The notes beneath the pieces were generated by a model. It searched no databases. It worked only from the letters and a program-made list of their open reading frames with translations, and was not told the origin of the DNA. Below, piece after piece: positions 52,206 to 60,346 of a stretch of 64,000 bases of DNA (position 1 is the first letter of the stretch; the number at the start of each line of letters is the position of its first letter). The DNA is from an uncultured Gemmataceae bacterium. Lineage in GTDB: Bacteria; Planctomycetota; Planctomycetia; Gemmatales; Gemmataceae. The stretch spans positions 256,001 to 320,000 of the forward strand of contig CAVVPN010000011.1 in assembly GCA_963750165.1 (NCBI GenBank), read 5' to 3'. The translations under genes and the position numbers were made by a program.

Positions 52206-53816
52206 TCACTTGCTCGCGTACGCCGCCGGCGTCAGCGTCGCCTGGACGTGCTGCACCCAGCGGTTCTGCAGATCGGCGAAACCCTGGAAACCGTAGTGCT
52301 GCGCCAGCGCCGCCTCGTAGCCCTTCTGGCCCGCATCGCGCAGGAACTGGCTGAACACCACCGGCCCCTTCTGCTTCGCCAGGAAGTCCACCAGCGCCAC
52401 ACTCTGGGCGTAGAACGCGCTGACGCGCTCGGCGGCGGGATAGTTGGGCATCTGCATCAGGTCCGACACCGGGAACGAGCCGCCACCAGGTTTCAGGCAC
52501 TTCAGCAGGTTGGCCCGGTGCCGGTCCTGCACGCCCGCAGGCTCGGACAGCACGGCCAGGCCCTCGTCGGCCCAGCGCGGCACCTGGGGGCCGCCGAACT
52601 GGCCGGCGATCACCACATGCGTCGTCTCATGCGGCAGCACCGTTTGCAGCCAGTTGAAGCTCTCGCAGTGCAGGTGAATGCGGCGCAGCACCACCTGGCA
52701 CGTCTTGCGGTCGCTCTCGATGTGCGAGTGGCCCGGCGTGCCCGGCGCCACCTTCGGATGCTGCTGCTGGTACTCCGCCGCGGTGTTGTGCAGGTAAATG
52801 TCACACTTCGTCGTCCAGTCCGCGCATTTGTCGCCGAACCATTTACGGCTCATCTCGGCCCGGGTCGTCTCGGCGACGCGGGCCACCTTCTCGGCCACTT
52901 CCGGCGACTGCTTGTGCAGCACGCGGAAATACGAACTCTCGGCCACCTGCCAGCCCTGGGCATTGCCGCCGAGGTGCTTGACCGCGACCGCCGCGGGGCC
53001 GGCCGCCTTGCCGCGGCGCTTGCTCAACTCCTGCAACAAGGATTCGCCGCGGACCTTCAGGTTCGGCAGGTTCGGCGCCAGCGCGAGCGCGGCGTGTACT
53101 TCCTGCTCCAGCTGCTCCCAGGCGCAGAGCGGCCCATTTGGCTGGTTGATGGCATCGAACACGTAGCTCAGCTTGCTGTACGCCCAACGGTCGCGGCAGC
53201 CTGCCGTACACTGCGGGTCCGCCTGGTGAGCCTGCTCGAACAGATTGCGGGCGTGCGTGTAGCGCTCCCGTTTGAACTCCTCCTCCGCCTGCGCCAGTAG
53301 CGTTAGCGCCTGCTTGCCGCCGAGGCCGGGAACGTCGGCCGGCCGCTGATTGCTGGCGTCGAAGGGCTCGGGCATGACGCCGCGCACCTTGGCCTGCCCC
53401 GGCAACCCGGAAACCAACTCGGCGGCCGTCGGCATCTTCGGGGCCTCCGGGACGGCTGTCACCCGCAAGGTCGCGTCTCGAAGCACGTTTTCGTCCAGAA
53501 TGGCCAGGCGGTTCAGGTACTTTTTCGCCTCCGCCGTCTGGTTCGTGAAATTCAGGTGCTGGACGTAGGCGTAGTAGGCCTTGCGCAGACACGCGAGATA
53601 CGCCTGGTCGCCGTTGATGAGGCTCAGCGATTCCTCCAGCACGTCCACCGCCTTACCCGGTTCCTTCTCCTTCAGGAACGCCCCGGCCTTCAACATCGCC
53701 ATCTGGATCTTCAGCGTGCTTTCCATCTTCGGAGGAGTGCCCTGAGCGCGGGCGGCGGCGGGCAGACCGGTGAGCAGCAGAACGCCGGCGAGCGGCAGCA
53801 GAGTGCGGCGGGGCAT
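52206..53816 (-). CDS. TPR-containing zinc metallopeptidase (peptidase MA-like)
   Basis: Signal peptide, LPHETTHVV (HExxH), PRWADEGLA, FYAQS. Confidence 0.8.
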   Translation of the reverse strand: MPRRTLLPLAGVLLLTGLPAAARAQGTPPKMESTLKIQMAMLKAGAFLKEKEPGKAVDVLEESLSLINGDQAYLACLRKAYYAYVQHLNFTNQTAEAKKYLNRLAILDENVLRDATLRVTAVPEAPKMPTAAELVSGLPGQAKVRGVMPEPFDASNQRPADVPGLGGKQALTLLAQAEEEFKRERYTHARNLFEQAHQADPQCTAGCRDRWAYSKLSYVFDAINQPNGPLCAWEQLEQEVHAALALAPNLPNLKVRGESLLQELSKRRGKAAGPAAVAVKHLGGNAQGWQVAESSYFRVLHKQSPEVAEKVARVAETTRAEMSRKWFGDKCADWTTKCDIYLHNTAAEYQQQHPKVAPGTPGHSHIESDRKTCQVVLRRIHLHCESFNWLQTVLPHETTHVVIAGQFGGPQVPRWADEGLAVLSEPAGVQDRHRANLLKCLKPGGGSFPVSDLMQMPNYPAAERVSAFYAQSVALVDFLAKQKGPVVFSQFLRDAGQKGYEAALAQHYGFQGFADLQNRWVQHVQATLTPAAYASK

Positions 53817-54078
53817 GGTGGCTTCCTTGCCTGGGGCGCGGGGAATCCTGGGACCGCCGGCGCGGGACACCGGCGGCGGACGCGACAGAACCAGGTCGTG
53901 GCGATGGCGGTGCGGGAGCCCCAGCCGATTCGGCGGGGAGGAAGCAATCCCTGGGTCTGGCTGCGGCCGGGGGCGCGGGAACGCCGACCCTTTGCGCTCA
54001 CCCTCCTGGCGGCGCAGCGGCCACAACGGCGACCAGAGTAGGGCGATCACCTGAAAAAAACAAGGGGAAGTACATTCG

Positions 54079-54180
54079 CGTGTGAGTTGGAATTGAGCGA
54101 GCGGCGCGGCGTCAGCCCGCCGGTGCTGCGCAGTACCGGCGGGCTGACGCCGCGCCGCTCGCCCAGTTCCAACTCACACG
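54079..54180. repeat. REP-like palindromic element, copy 1
   Basis: GCGAGCGGCGCGGCGTCAGCCCGCCGGT...ACCGGCGGGCTGACGCCGCGCCGCTCGC; also at 56998-57066. Confidence 0.8.
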
Positions 54181-55100
54181 GCCTGGCGCAGCACGCGCTC
54201 CAGGTAGCCGCGCATTGCCGTCCGGTCCACGCCGGTGGCCACCTCGACGTTATGCACCGGCCGCTCCCAGAGTCGCCGATCCACCACCGTCATGCCGCGC
54301 GTCAGCTCGCCGCGCGTCTCCACGTCCACGGCCATCGGTCGCGTCGTCAGCGCCGCCGGCAGCGCCACCGCGACGATGCCCACCACATCCTTCAGGTGAA
54401 AGCCCTCGATGCCATACAGGTTCGAGGTCGCCAGGACGCCTGGCGGCGTGATTTTCTGCAGGAACGTGCCGGTGCGCGACTCACCGGCGAACAGGTTCTG
54501 CAACTCCGCCGGCGCGAACAGCGCCTTGCGCGTGGTGTCCAGCGGCAGCAGTGTCACGGGAGCGCCGCACTTCAGCACTCGCCGCGCCGCCAGCGGATCA
54601 CAGGCGAAGTGGAACTCGCTGACCGGCCCGGCGTTGCCCGGCTCATCGATGCTGCCACCCACGCAGACGAAGCGCTTCACCAGCGCCGGCAGCTCCGCGT
54701 CGCGGTCCAGGGCGCGGGCCACGGCCGTCAGCGGACCCAGGCAAACAACGGTCACCTCCTTGGGGTTCAGCCGCACCAGGTCGGGGATCAGCCGGTCGGC
54801 GAGATGCGGATGATGCAGCAACGCACTGGCGAAGGCGACACCGCCCAGGCCGTTGGGGCCGTGCAGCCGGGTGCCGTCCTGGTCGTACTCGACCGGCAGC
54901 GCGGCGCCCGGCCGCGGCCAGCGCGGCGGGTCGATCTGCTCCAGGATAATCTGGATGTTGGCGGTGGCCTGCTCGGGAGGCACGTTGCCGGCCGTCGCGG
55001 CCAGGCCGAGCATGTCGATGTCCGGGTCGTTCAGTGCCAGCGCGATGGCGACAGCGCCGTCGATGCCGGGATCCGCCACGAGGATGATTTTCTGTGCCAT
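54174..55100 (-). CDS. Nucleoside hydrolase family protein
   Basis: ADPGIDGAVA, AGNV, LHGPNGLG, LGPLT, SEFHFACDP; degenerate DxDxxxDD motif. Confidence 0.85.
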   Translation of the reverse strand: MAQKIILVADPGIDGAVAIALALNDPDIDMLGLAATAGNVPPEQATANIQIILEQIDPPRWPRPGAALPVEYDQDGTRLHGPNGLGGVAFASALLHHPHLADRLIPDLVRLNPKEVTVVCLGPLTAVARALDRDAELPALVKRFVCVGGSIDEPGNAGPVSEFHFACDPLAARRVLKCGAPVTLLPLDTTRKALFAPAELQNLFAGESRTGTFLQKITPPGVLATSNLYGIEGFHLKDVVGIVAVALPAALTTRPMAVDVETRGELTRGMTVVDRRLWERPVHNVEVATGVDRTAMRGYLERVLRQAV

Positions 55101-55148
55101 GATGGAACATCCCTGGCGCGCCGCGGGAGCAGCCCGGCGCGGCCGAGG

Positions 55149-56202
55149 TTAACTCATCTCCTGGGAACAGCGCTGCAGCAACTCCAGGCCGCGCCGGGCC
55201 CGGCCGGACGCCACTGCGGCATGGGCCAGTTCGACGCCCTCCGCGGGCGTGCCGACCCGCCCCGCCGCCAGCAGGGCCGCCGCCGCGTTGGCCAGCACCA
55301 CGCTGCGCCGCCGGGCCGTCCTGCCCCGTCAGCACGCCGCGCACCGCCGCGGCGCTCGCCTCGGGACCGTCAGCGCGCAACTCATCCAGCCGGCACGGCG
55401 CCAGGCCGAAATCGGCGGCCGTCCATTCCAGAGTGCGAACTGTATCGCCACGCACTTCCCGTACCTCCGTCGGCGCCGACAGGCTGACTTCATCGAGTCC
55501 ATCGCGGCCGTGAACCACCAGGGCGTGGCGTGTGTCCAGGAGGGCGAGCGCCCCGGCCATGAGGTCAAGCAGTTCGCGACGACCAACACCCAGCAACTGA
55601 TGCGGGGCGCCGGCGGGGTTGGCCAGCGGCCCCAGGCAGTTGAACAGCGTGCTGACGCGGAGCTGGCGGCGGACGTGGGCGACGTGGCGCAGGGCGGGAT
55701 GGAAGTGCGGCGCGAAGCAGAAGGCGAGGTTGCAGCGTTCGAGGCAGCGGCGGGCGAAGCCGGCGTCGCCGTCGATCCGGACGCCCAGGGCGGCGAGCAC
55801 GTCGGCGCTGCCGCTACGGCTGGAGACGGAGCGGTTGCCGTGCTTGACCACCGGCACGCCCACGGCGGCGACGACGAAGGCGGCGGCGGTGCTGATGTTG
55901 AACGTGGCCGTGCCATCGCCGCCGGTGCCGCAGGTGTCCAGCACGCCATCGCGACCGGGCTGCCAGCCGAGCATGTGTTCGCGCAGCACCCGGGCGGCGG
56001 CGGCCAGTTCCGCGGCCGTCTCGCCCTTCATGCGCAGCGCCACGAGAAAGCCAGCGGTCTCGGCATCGGAGCACTGGCCGGTCATCATCGCGTGCAGGAC
56101 GGTGCGCAGGCGCTCCTCGGGCAGCTCGCGGCGCTCCAGCAGGGCGGCGAGCACCTCTCCGAACCAGGGCAGACCTGGCGGCGGCACGGATGCGTCTAGC
56201 AT
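55149..56202 (-). CDS. trpD: Anthranilate phosphoribosyltransferase (frameshift near 55310)
   Basis: DTCGTGGDG, FNISTAA, KHGNRSVSSRSGSAD, LGPLANP, DGLDE; C-terminal VVLANAAAAL in shifted frame. Confidence 0.92.
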
Positions 56203-56413
56203 GGCCAATGCGTCTCGGTCGGCGCGAATCACGGCGATCTGGATTTGTTGAGCATACCGAAAAAACCGGCCGTTGCCAATTGCCTACTTCGGAAGGCACC
56301 TGGGCGTCATCCGGTCGGGCAGCGCCGGGCGCGCCGTCGGCGGCAGGCGTTGCGGCTGGTAAACTGACGTGGTGCGGGCGGGTCGCCGGCATCCGAAACC
56401 GTGAGGTTGCATC

Positions 56414-56992
56414 ATGGCCGAGCAACGTGAGCTGCGCGACGGCGGCACACTTTACTACGACCCCGCGTTCTACGACCGGGCCGAGGCTGATCGGCTGTTG
56501 CGACTGCTGCGCGAGCAGGTGCCGTGGCGGCAGGAGCGCGGCCACATGCACCCGTTCCCGCGGCTGACCGCCTGGTTCGCCGACGCAGGCACCGACTACA
56601 CGTATTCCGGCGTCACGCATCGCGGCGAGGGCTGGACGCCGGAATTGCTGGCGATCAAGCGCCGCGTTGAGGCGGCGGCGGGCGTACCGTTCAACAGCCT
56701 GCTGCTCAACCTGTACCGCGACGGCCGCGATTCGATCGGCCTGCACACCGACGCGGAGCCGGAACTGGGGCAGAACCCTGTGGTCGCGTCGGTGTCGCTG
56801 GGGGCGGTGCGCACGTTCATCCTCAAGCACATCAAGACGCGCGACAAGCTGAGTTATCCGCTGGCCCACGGCAGCCTGCTGGTGATGGGCGGCACCTGTC
56901 AGCATTTCTGGCTGCACGGCGTGCCCAAGACCGCCGAGGCTGTCGGTGAGCGGATCAACCTGACGTTCCGCAATATCCTTCCCGCCCAGTGA
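56414..56992 (+). CDS. AlkB-family 2OG-Fe(II) dioxygenase (ALKBH2/3-like)
   Basis: NSLLLNLYRDGRDSIGLHTD, HGVPK, RINLTFR. Confidence 0.93.
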   Translation: MAEQRELRDGGTLYYDPAFYDRAEADRLLRLLREQVPWRQERGHMHPFPRLTAWFADAGTDYTYSGVTHRGEGWTPELLAIKRRVEAAAGVPFNSLLLNLYRDGRDSIGLHTDAEPELGQNPVVASVSLGAVRTFILKHIKTRDKLSYPLAHGSLLVMGGTCQHFWLHGVPKTAEAVGERINLTFRNILPAQ

Positions 56993-56997
56993 ACTCA

Positions 56998-57066
56998 GGC
57001 GAGCGGCGCGGCGTCAGCCCGCCGGTGTTGCGAGGTTACCGGCGGGCTGACGCCGCGCCGCTCGCC
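56998..57066. repeat. REP-like palindromic element, copy 2
   Basis: Arms identical to those at 54097-54162, different loop. Confidence 0.8.
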
Positions 57067-57123
57067 GGGGCGTTCATACAATGGCCGCATTGTCGGATCG
57101 CATTCCGCTGATGGGAGGTTGTC

Positions 57124-58359
57124 GTGAACCCACTGCTCAAGGTCTGCGCCTTCGCCGGCTGTATTGCCCTGGTCGGACTGGCCGTGATCTTCAAACGCCC
57201 CGCGCCGGCTGAAGCCGACAGCGGCCCCGTCGCCCAGAAGGAGGCGCCGGCAGCCGCGCAACCGGACGCGCAACTGCAATTCGTGGTCGCGCCGTACCTG
57301 CAATACACCACGCGCGACGGCATCACGATCATGTGGGAGACGAACCACCCGGGCACGTCCGTGGTGGAGTTCAGCGAAAAAACGCCACTGACGCAGAAGA
57401 CCTCCGTGGACAAAAAGGCGACGCTGCACACCATCACACTGACGGACCTGAAGCCGCAGACGCAGTACGTCTACCGCGTCTCGACGACGACCGCCGACGG
57501 CCGCACCCTGACCAGTGCTCCCGCCAGTTTCCTGACCGCCGTCAACGAGGACAGCGCCTTCTCCTTCGCCGTGCTCGGCGACACGCAGGACAACCCGAAG
57601 ATGACCGGCATCATCGGCAAGCAGATCTGGGACCGGCGGCCGCACTTCGTCATGCACTGCGGCGACGTGGTCGAGGTCGGCCCGGAAAAGCGCCGCTGGG
57701 TGGACGAGCTGTTCAAGCCCTGCGCCGAGCTGTTCGCACACGTGCCGATGTTCCCGACCATCGGCAACCACGAACGCAACCACGCCAACTATTACAAATA
57801 CTTCACCATGCCGGCTCCGAAATACTACTACCACTACCGCTACGGCAACGCGGACTTCTTCGCCATCGACACCAACAAAAAAGTCGGTCCCAACAGCGAA
57901 CAGTACAAGTGGCTCGACCGGGAGCTGGCGAAGTCAAACGCGAAATGGAAGTTCGTCTACCACCACCACCCGGCGTGGTCGTCGGATGCGGACGACTACG
58001 GCGACGCCAGGAAGGGCAAGAGCCGGCTGGGCGATCTCAACGTCCGCAACCTGGTGACGCTGTACGAAAAGCACAAGGTGGACATCGTCTTCAACGGCCA
58101 CATTCATCTGTACGAGCGCACCTGGCCGATCCGCGGCGGCAAGGTGGACCGGCAGAACGGCATCATCTACATCACTTCGGGAGGCGGCGGCGGTCGGTTG
58201 GAGGACGTGGGACCGGTGCCGACGTGGTTCAAGGCACAGGTGCGCGTGGACTATCATTACTGCTACATCAACATCCACGGCGGTCGCCTGGAGTTTCGCG
58301 TCTTCGACCACCGCGGTTATCTGTTCGACTGCTTCGACCTGGACAGGGACCGCAAATAA
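57124..58359 (+). CDS. Purple acid phosphatase-like metallophosphoesterase with FN3-like N-domain
   Basis: GDTQ, HCGDVV, IGNHE, YHHHP, FNGHIHLYER. Confidence 0.9.
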   Translation: MNPLLKVCAFAGCIALVGLAVIFKRPAPAEADSGPVAQKEAPAAAQPDAQLQFVVAPYLQYTTRDGITIMWETNHPGTSVVEFSEKTPLTQKTSVDKKATLHTITLTDLKPQTQYVYRVSTTTADGRTLTSAPASFLTAVNEDSAFSFAVLGDTQDNPKMTGIIGKQIWDRRPHFVMHCGDVVEVGPEKRRWVDELFKPCAELFAHVPMFPTIGNHERNHANYYKYFTMPAPKYYYHYRYGNADFFAIDTNKKVGPNSEQYKWLDRELAKSNAKWKFVYHHHPAWSSDADDYGDARKGKSRLGDLNVRNLVTLYEKHKVDIVFNGHIHLYERTWPIRGGKVDRQNGIIYITSGGGGGRLEDVGPVPTWFKAQVRVDYHYCYINIHGGRLEFRVFDHRGYLFDCFDLDRDRK

Positions 58360-58419
58360 CCGGCGCGCTTTCCGTAGTGCAGGTGGCCCGCACTACGGAA
58401 AGCGCATCGGGTTATTTGC
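58352..58419. terminator. Bidirectional hairpin between convergent genes
   Basis: GCAAATAACC..GCGCTTTCCGTAGTGC...GCACTACGGAAAGCGC..GGTTATTTGC; includes both stop codons. Confidence 0.65.
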
Positions 58420-58525
58420 ACTTGGGCGGGATGCCGACGCTCTTGTGCGTCTTGGTGCGGCGTTCGAGCTTGCGCTTCATGATGCGCTTTTTGGAGGCCT
58501 GGGTTCGCGGTCGCAGGCGTGGCAT
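58412..58525 (-). CDS. 37-aa highly basic small protein (not in ORF track)
   Basis: MPRLRPRTQASKKRIMKRKLERRTKTHKSVGIPPKCK; AAAGGA RBS 7 nt upstream; mostly G/C third positions; own terminator. Confidence 0.7.
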   Translation of the reverse strand: MPRLRPRTQASKKRIMKRKLERRTKTHKSVGIPPKCK

Positions 58526-58621
58526 GGGTCATTCCTTTTTGCTAATGGGTCAATGTCAGGGTAGCTTCCTATTTTGGCGATGAGGCGGCGAAATTCAAGG
58601 GGTGTTCCCGGAGGGAAGGCG

Positions 58622-59122
58622 ATGTCCGAGGTGGCTCTGCTCCGCACGCAGATCGCGTTCGCTCGCAACTACACGGAGCGGTTGCTGGCGAGCATTGACC
58701 CGCACGACTGGTTCCGCCAGCCGGCGGAGGGTGTCACTCATGTCGCCTGGCAGGTCGGCCACCTGGCGGTGGCGGAATACCGCCTCGCCCTGGACCGCCT
58801 CCGCGGCCCGCAGCCCGGCGACGCGGCGCTCATCTCCGAGGCGTTCGTGGCCACGTTCGGCTATAACTCGGTCCCGGAGCCGGACCCGGCGAAGAACCCG
58901 CCCCCCGCCGAGATCCGCGCCGTGTTCGACCGCGTCCACCGCCAGACGCTGCAAGAGCTGGAGCACCTGGCCGAGAGCGAACTGGACGGGCCGATCCTGA
59001 AGCCGCACCCCCTGGCGAAGAACAAGCGCGAAATCCTGACCTGGTGTTCGCATCACGAGATGCTGCACGCCGGGCACATCGGGTTGCTGCGGCGGCTGCT
59101 CGGGCACAAGCCGCTGTGGTGA
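58622..59122 (+). CDS. DinB family protein
   Basis: HVAWQVGHLA and HHEMLHAGHIGLLRR metal-binding His pattern. Confidence 0.88.
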   Translation: MSEVALLRTQIAFARNYTERLLASIDPHDWFRQPAEGVTHVAWQVGHLAVAEYRLALDRLRGPQPGDAALISEAFVATFGYNSVPEPDPAKNPPPAEIRAVFDRVHRQTLQELEHLAESELDGPILKPHPLAKNKREILTWCSHHEMLHAGHIGLLRRLLGHKPLW

Positions 59123-59157
59123 ACGGCCGGCGAGTGTGGCGAAAATGCAAAGGGCCA

Positions 59158-59186
59158 TTGAGGGCGCGGCGCTCGGGCTGTATGAT
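59158..59186 (+). promoter_or_regulatory. Putative sigma70 promoter of the tRNA-Arg gene
   Basis: TTGAGG, 17 nt, TATGAT, ending 10 nt before the tRNA 5' end. Confidence 0.65.
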
Positions 59187-59232
59187 ACTCCCAGATGCGC
59201 CCGTAGCTCAGGGGATAGAGCATCGGTTTCCT

Positions 59233-59930
59233 AACTAAATTGGGCACTGCGAGGGGAAACCACGCAGTGAATGTGACCTGATCAGGAAAACCTACAGTTG
59301 CAGCAGTCCGTGATCGAATTCCCAGTGGCAGTTCGGACAGAGCCCGACCAGATTGTCGAGGGAGTTCACAACCGAAATGGGTGTTTCGAGGGGAAAGGTC
59401 GTCAGCGACCGTTTATGACAGACTTCGATGTGTTTGTCATACCCACAGCGCGAACACCGGTAAGGGAAAGCCGAGAGGTAGTGGCGACGAGCGTCCTGTC
59501 TCAGGCGTGCGTATCGACAGGCTGAATGGTCGGATCCATCAGCAACGGTACGAATCGGTTGTGATCGATCAAGTGGCCTGGGGCGGTGTTCGGGGCAATA
59601 CTTGTTCCGTCTGGGAACAGGAGTGCTGCAAACCGAACAACTACCGGCAAGCCTCCGTTTGGGAGCCAGGACATTGTTCCGCTTGGCGGCACAGGACCGC
59701 GAGCAGAACTTCGGATTCCTGGTCTGCCGACCGCAAACCGGACATGCAGCCACGGCAATCCTGAGCAAGCGTTGGTTTGGATCGGTTGCTTCTTGCATGG
59801 AGCCTCCAGTAATCCAAGCCGATTGTTTGTGCAGAGACTGTACGGTCGCCACCTAAATCAGGACGATAGGGTGAAGATACAGTCCAGCCCACGAACGCTC
59901 CAGAGCGGCGAGGAAACTCGTAGTGGGAAG
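59233..59930 (+). ncRNA. Group I self-splicing intron (698 nt, IC3/Azoarcus-like core) directly 3' of the anticodon
   Basis: P1 CCU|AA/UUGGG with U.G at the splice site; P2 59245-59269; P3 GUGACC/GGUCGC; P4 UCAGGA/UCCUGA; P7 GACUG/CAGUC within CAGAGACUG and AAGAUACAGUCC; terminal G59930. Confidence 0.92.
59292..59798 (-). CDS. HNH endonuclease with N-terminal zinc-finger motifs, putative homing endonuclease, antisense within the intron
   Basis: CPVCG..KFCSRSC, CSVC..YCPEH, then CSRCG..EVCHK..NSLDNLVGLCPNCHWEFD; GGAGG 4 nt before ATG 59798 (alternative GTG 59852). Confidence 0.88.
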   Translation of the reverse strand: MQEATDPNQRLLRIAVAACPVCGRQTRNPKFCSRSCAAKRNNVLAPKRRLAGSCSVCSTPVPRRNKYCPEHRPRPLDRSQPIRTVADGSDHSACRYARLRQDARRHYLSAFPYRCSRCGYDKHIEVCHKRSLTTFPLETPISVVNSLDNLVGLCPNCHWEFDHGLLQL

Positions 59931-60075
59931 AAACCGAGGGTCGCAGGTTCAAATCCTGCCGGGCGTAATGACTTACGTAAAATCAAGAACGCAACTCCAA
60001 CCGAGACAACCCCATGACCGTGGGGCTACCTCGGCTGTCCTCATCCAACCAGGTTCCGTCCGCAAACGTTGTCAG

Positions 60076-60306
60076 TAGAGCATTTCGCAGTCGCGTGGAC
60101 CACGAACGGAAGGACGGCGCTCCCGAGCACTGCTGTAAAGGTCTTTGGCCTCGGGAAAAGATTGCCTCACAAGGACTTGGAGCGGTTCCAGCGCGGTTCT
60201 CACACGGGTGGTGGGACGGCGGGCTCGGCCTGACCTCCAGCGGCCTGTGCTGCCACAGCAAGGACGCCAAGAACGCCAAGGACGCCAACTTTTTCATACG
60301 TCGAGA
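60076..60306. repeat. Degenerate MITE-like shell ends plus a CAAG-trimer motif
   Basis: TAGAGCATTTCGCAGTCGCGTGGACCACGAA is the inverse of the 44.9/46.5 kb right end; GAGCGGTTCC at 60180; GCTGCCACAGCAAGGACGCCAAGAACGCCAAGGACGCCAACTTTTTCATACGTCGAGA. Confidence 0.75.
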
Positions 60307-60346
60307 TTGCCGGCAGTGGCAGGGCGGAAGCCTCTTCATTGTGCTG

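Larger units (their letters stand above)
59197..59967 (+). tRNA. tRNA-Arg(CCU), split: exon 1 59197-59232, exon 2 59931-59967
   Basis: Joined exons fold to a cloverleaf: acceptor GCGCCCG/CGGGCGT, D stem GCTC/GAGC, anticodon arm TCGGT-TTCCTAA-ACCGA, T arm GCAGG-TTCAAAT-CCTGC; CCA not encoded. Confidence 0.95.

Noticed and set aside
59044..59238. Short ORFs over the tRNA 5' half
   Set aside because: Shadow frames of the tRNA exon and the dinB gene
44714..60306. CAAG-trimer copies as DGR template/variable repeats (AAC codons varying)
   Set aside because: Changes include C-to-G and C-to-T, so not adenine-specific; no reverse transcriptase in the window; copies are intergenic
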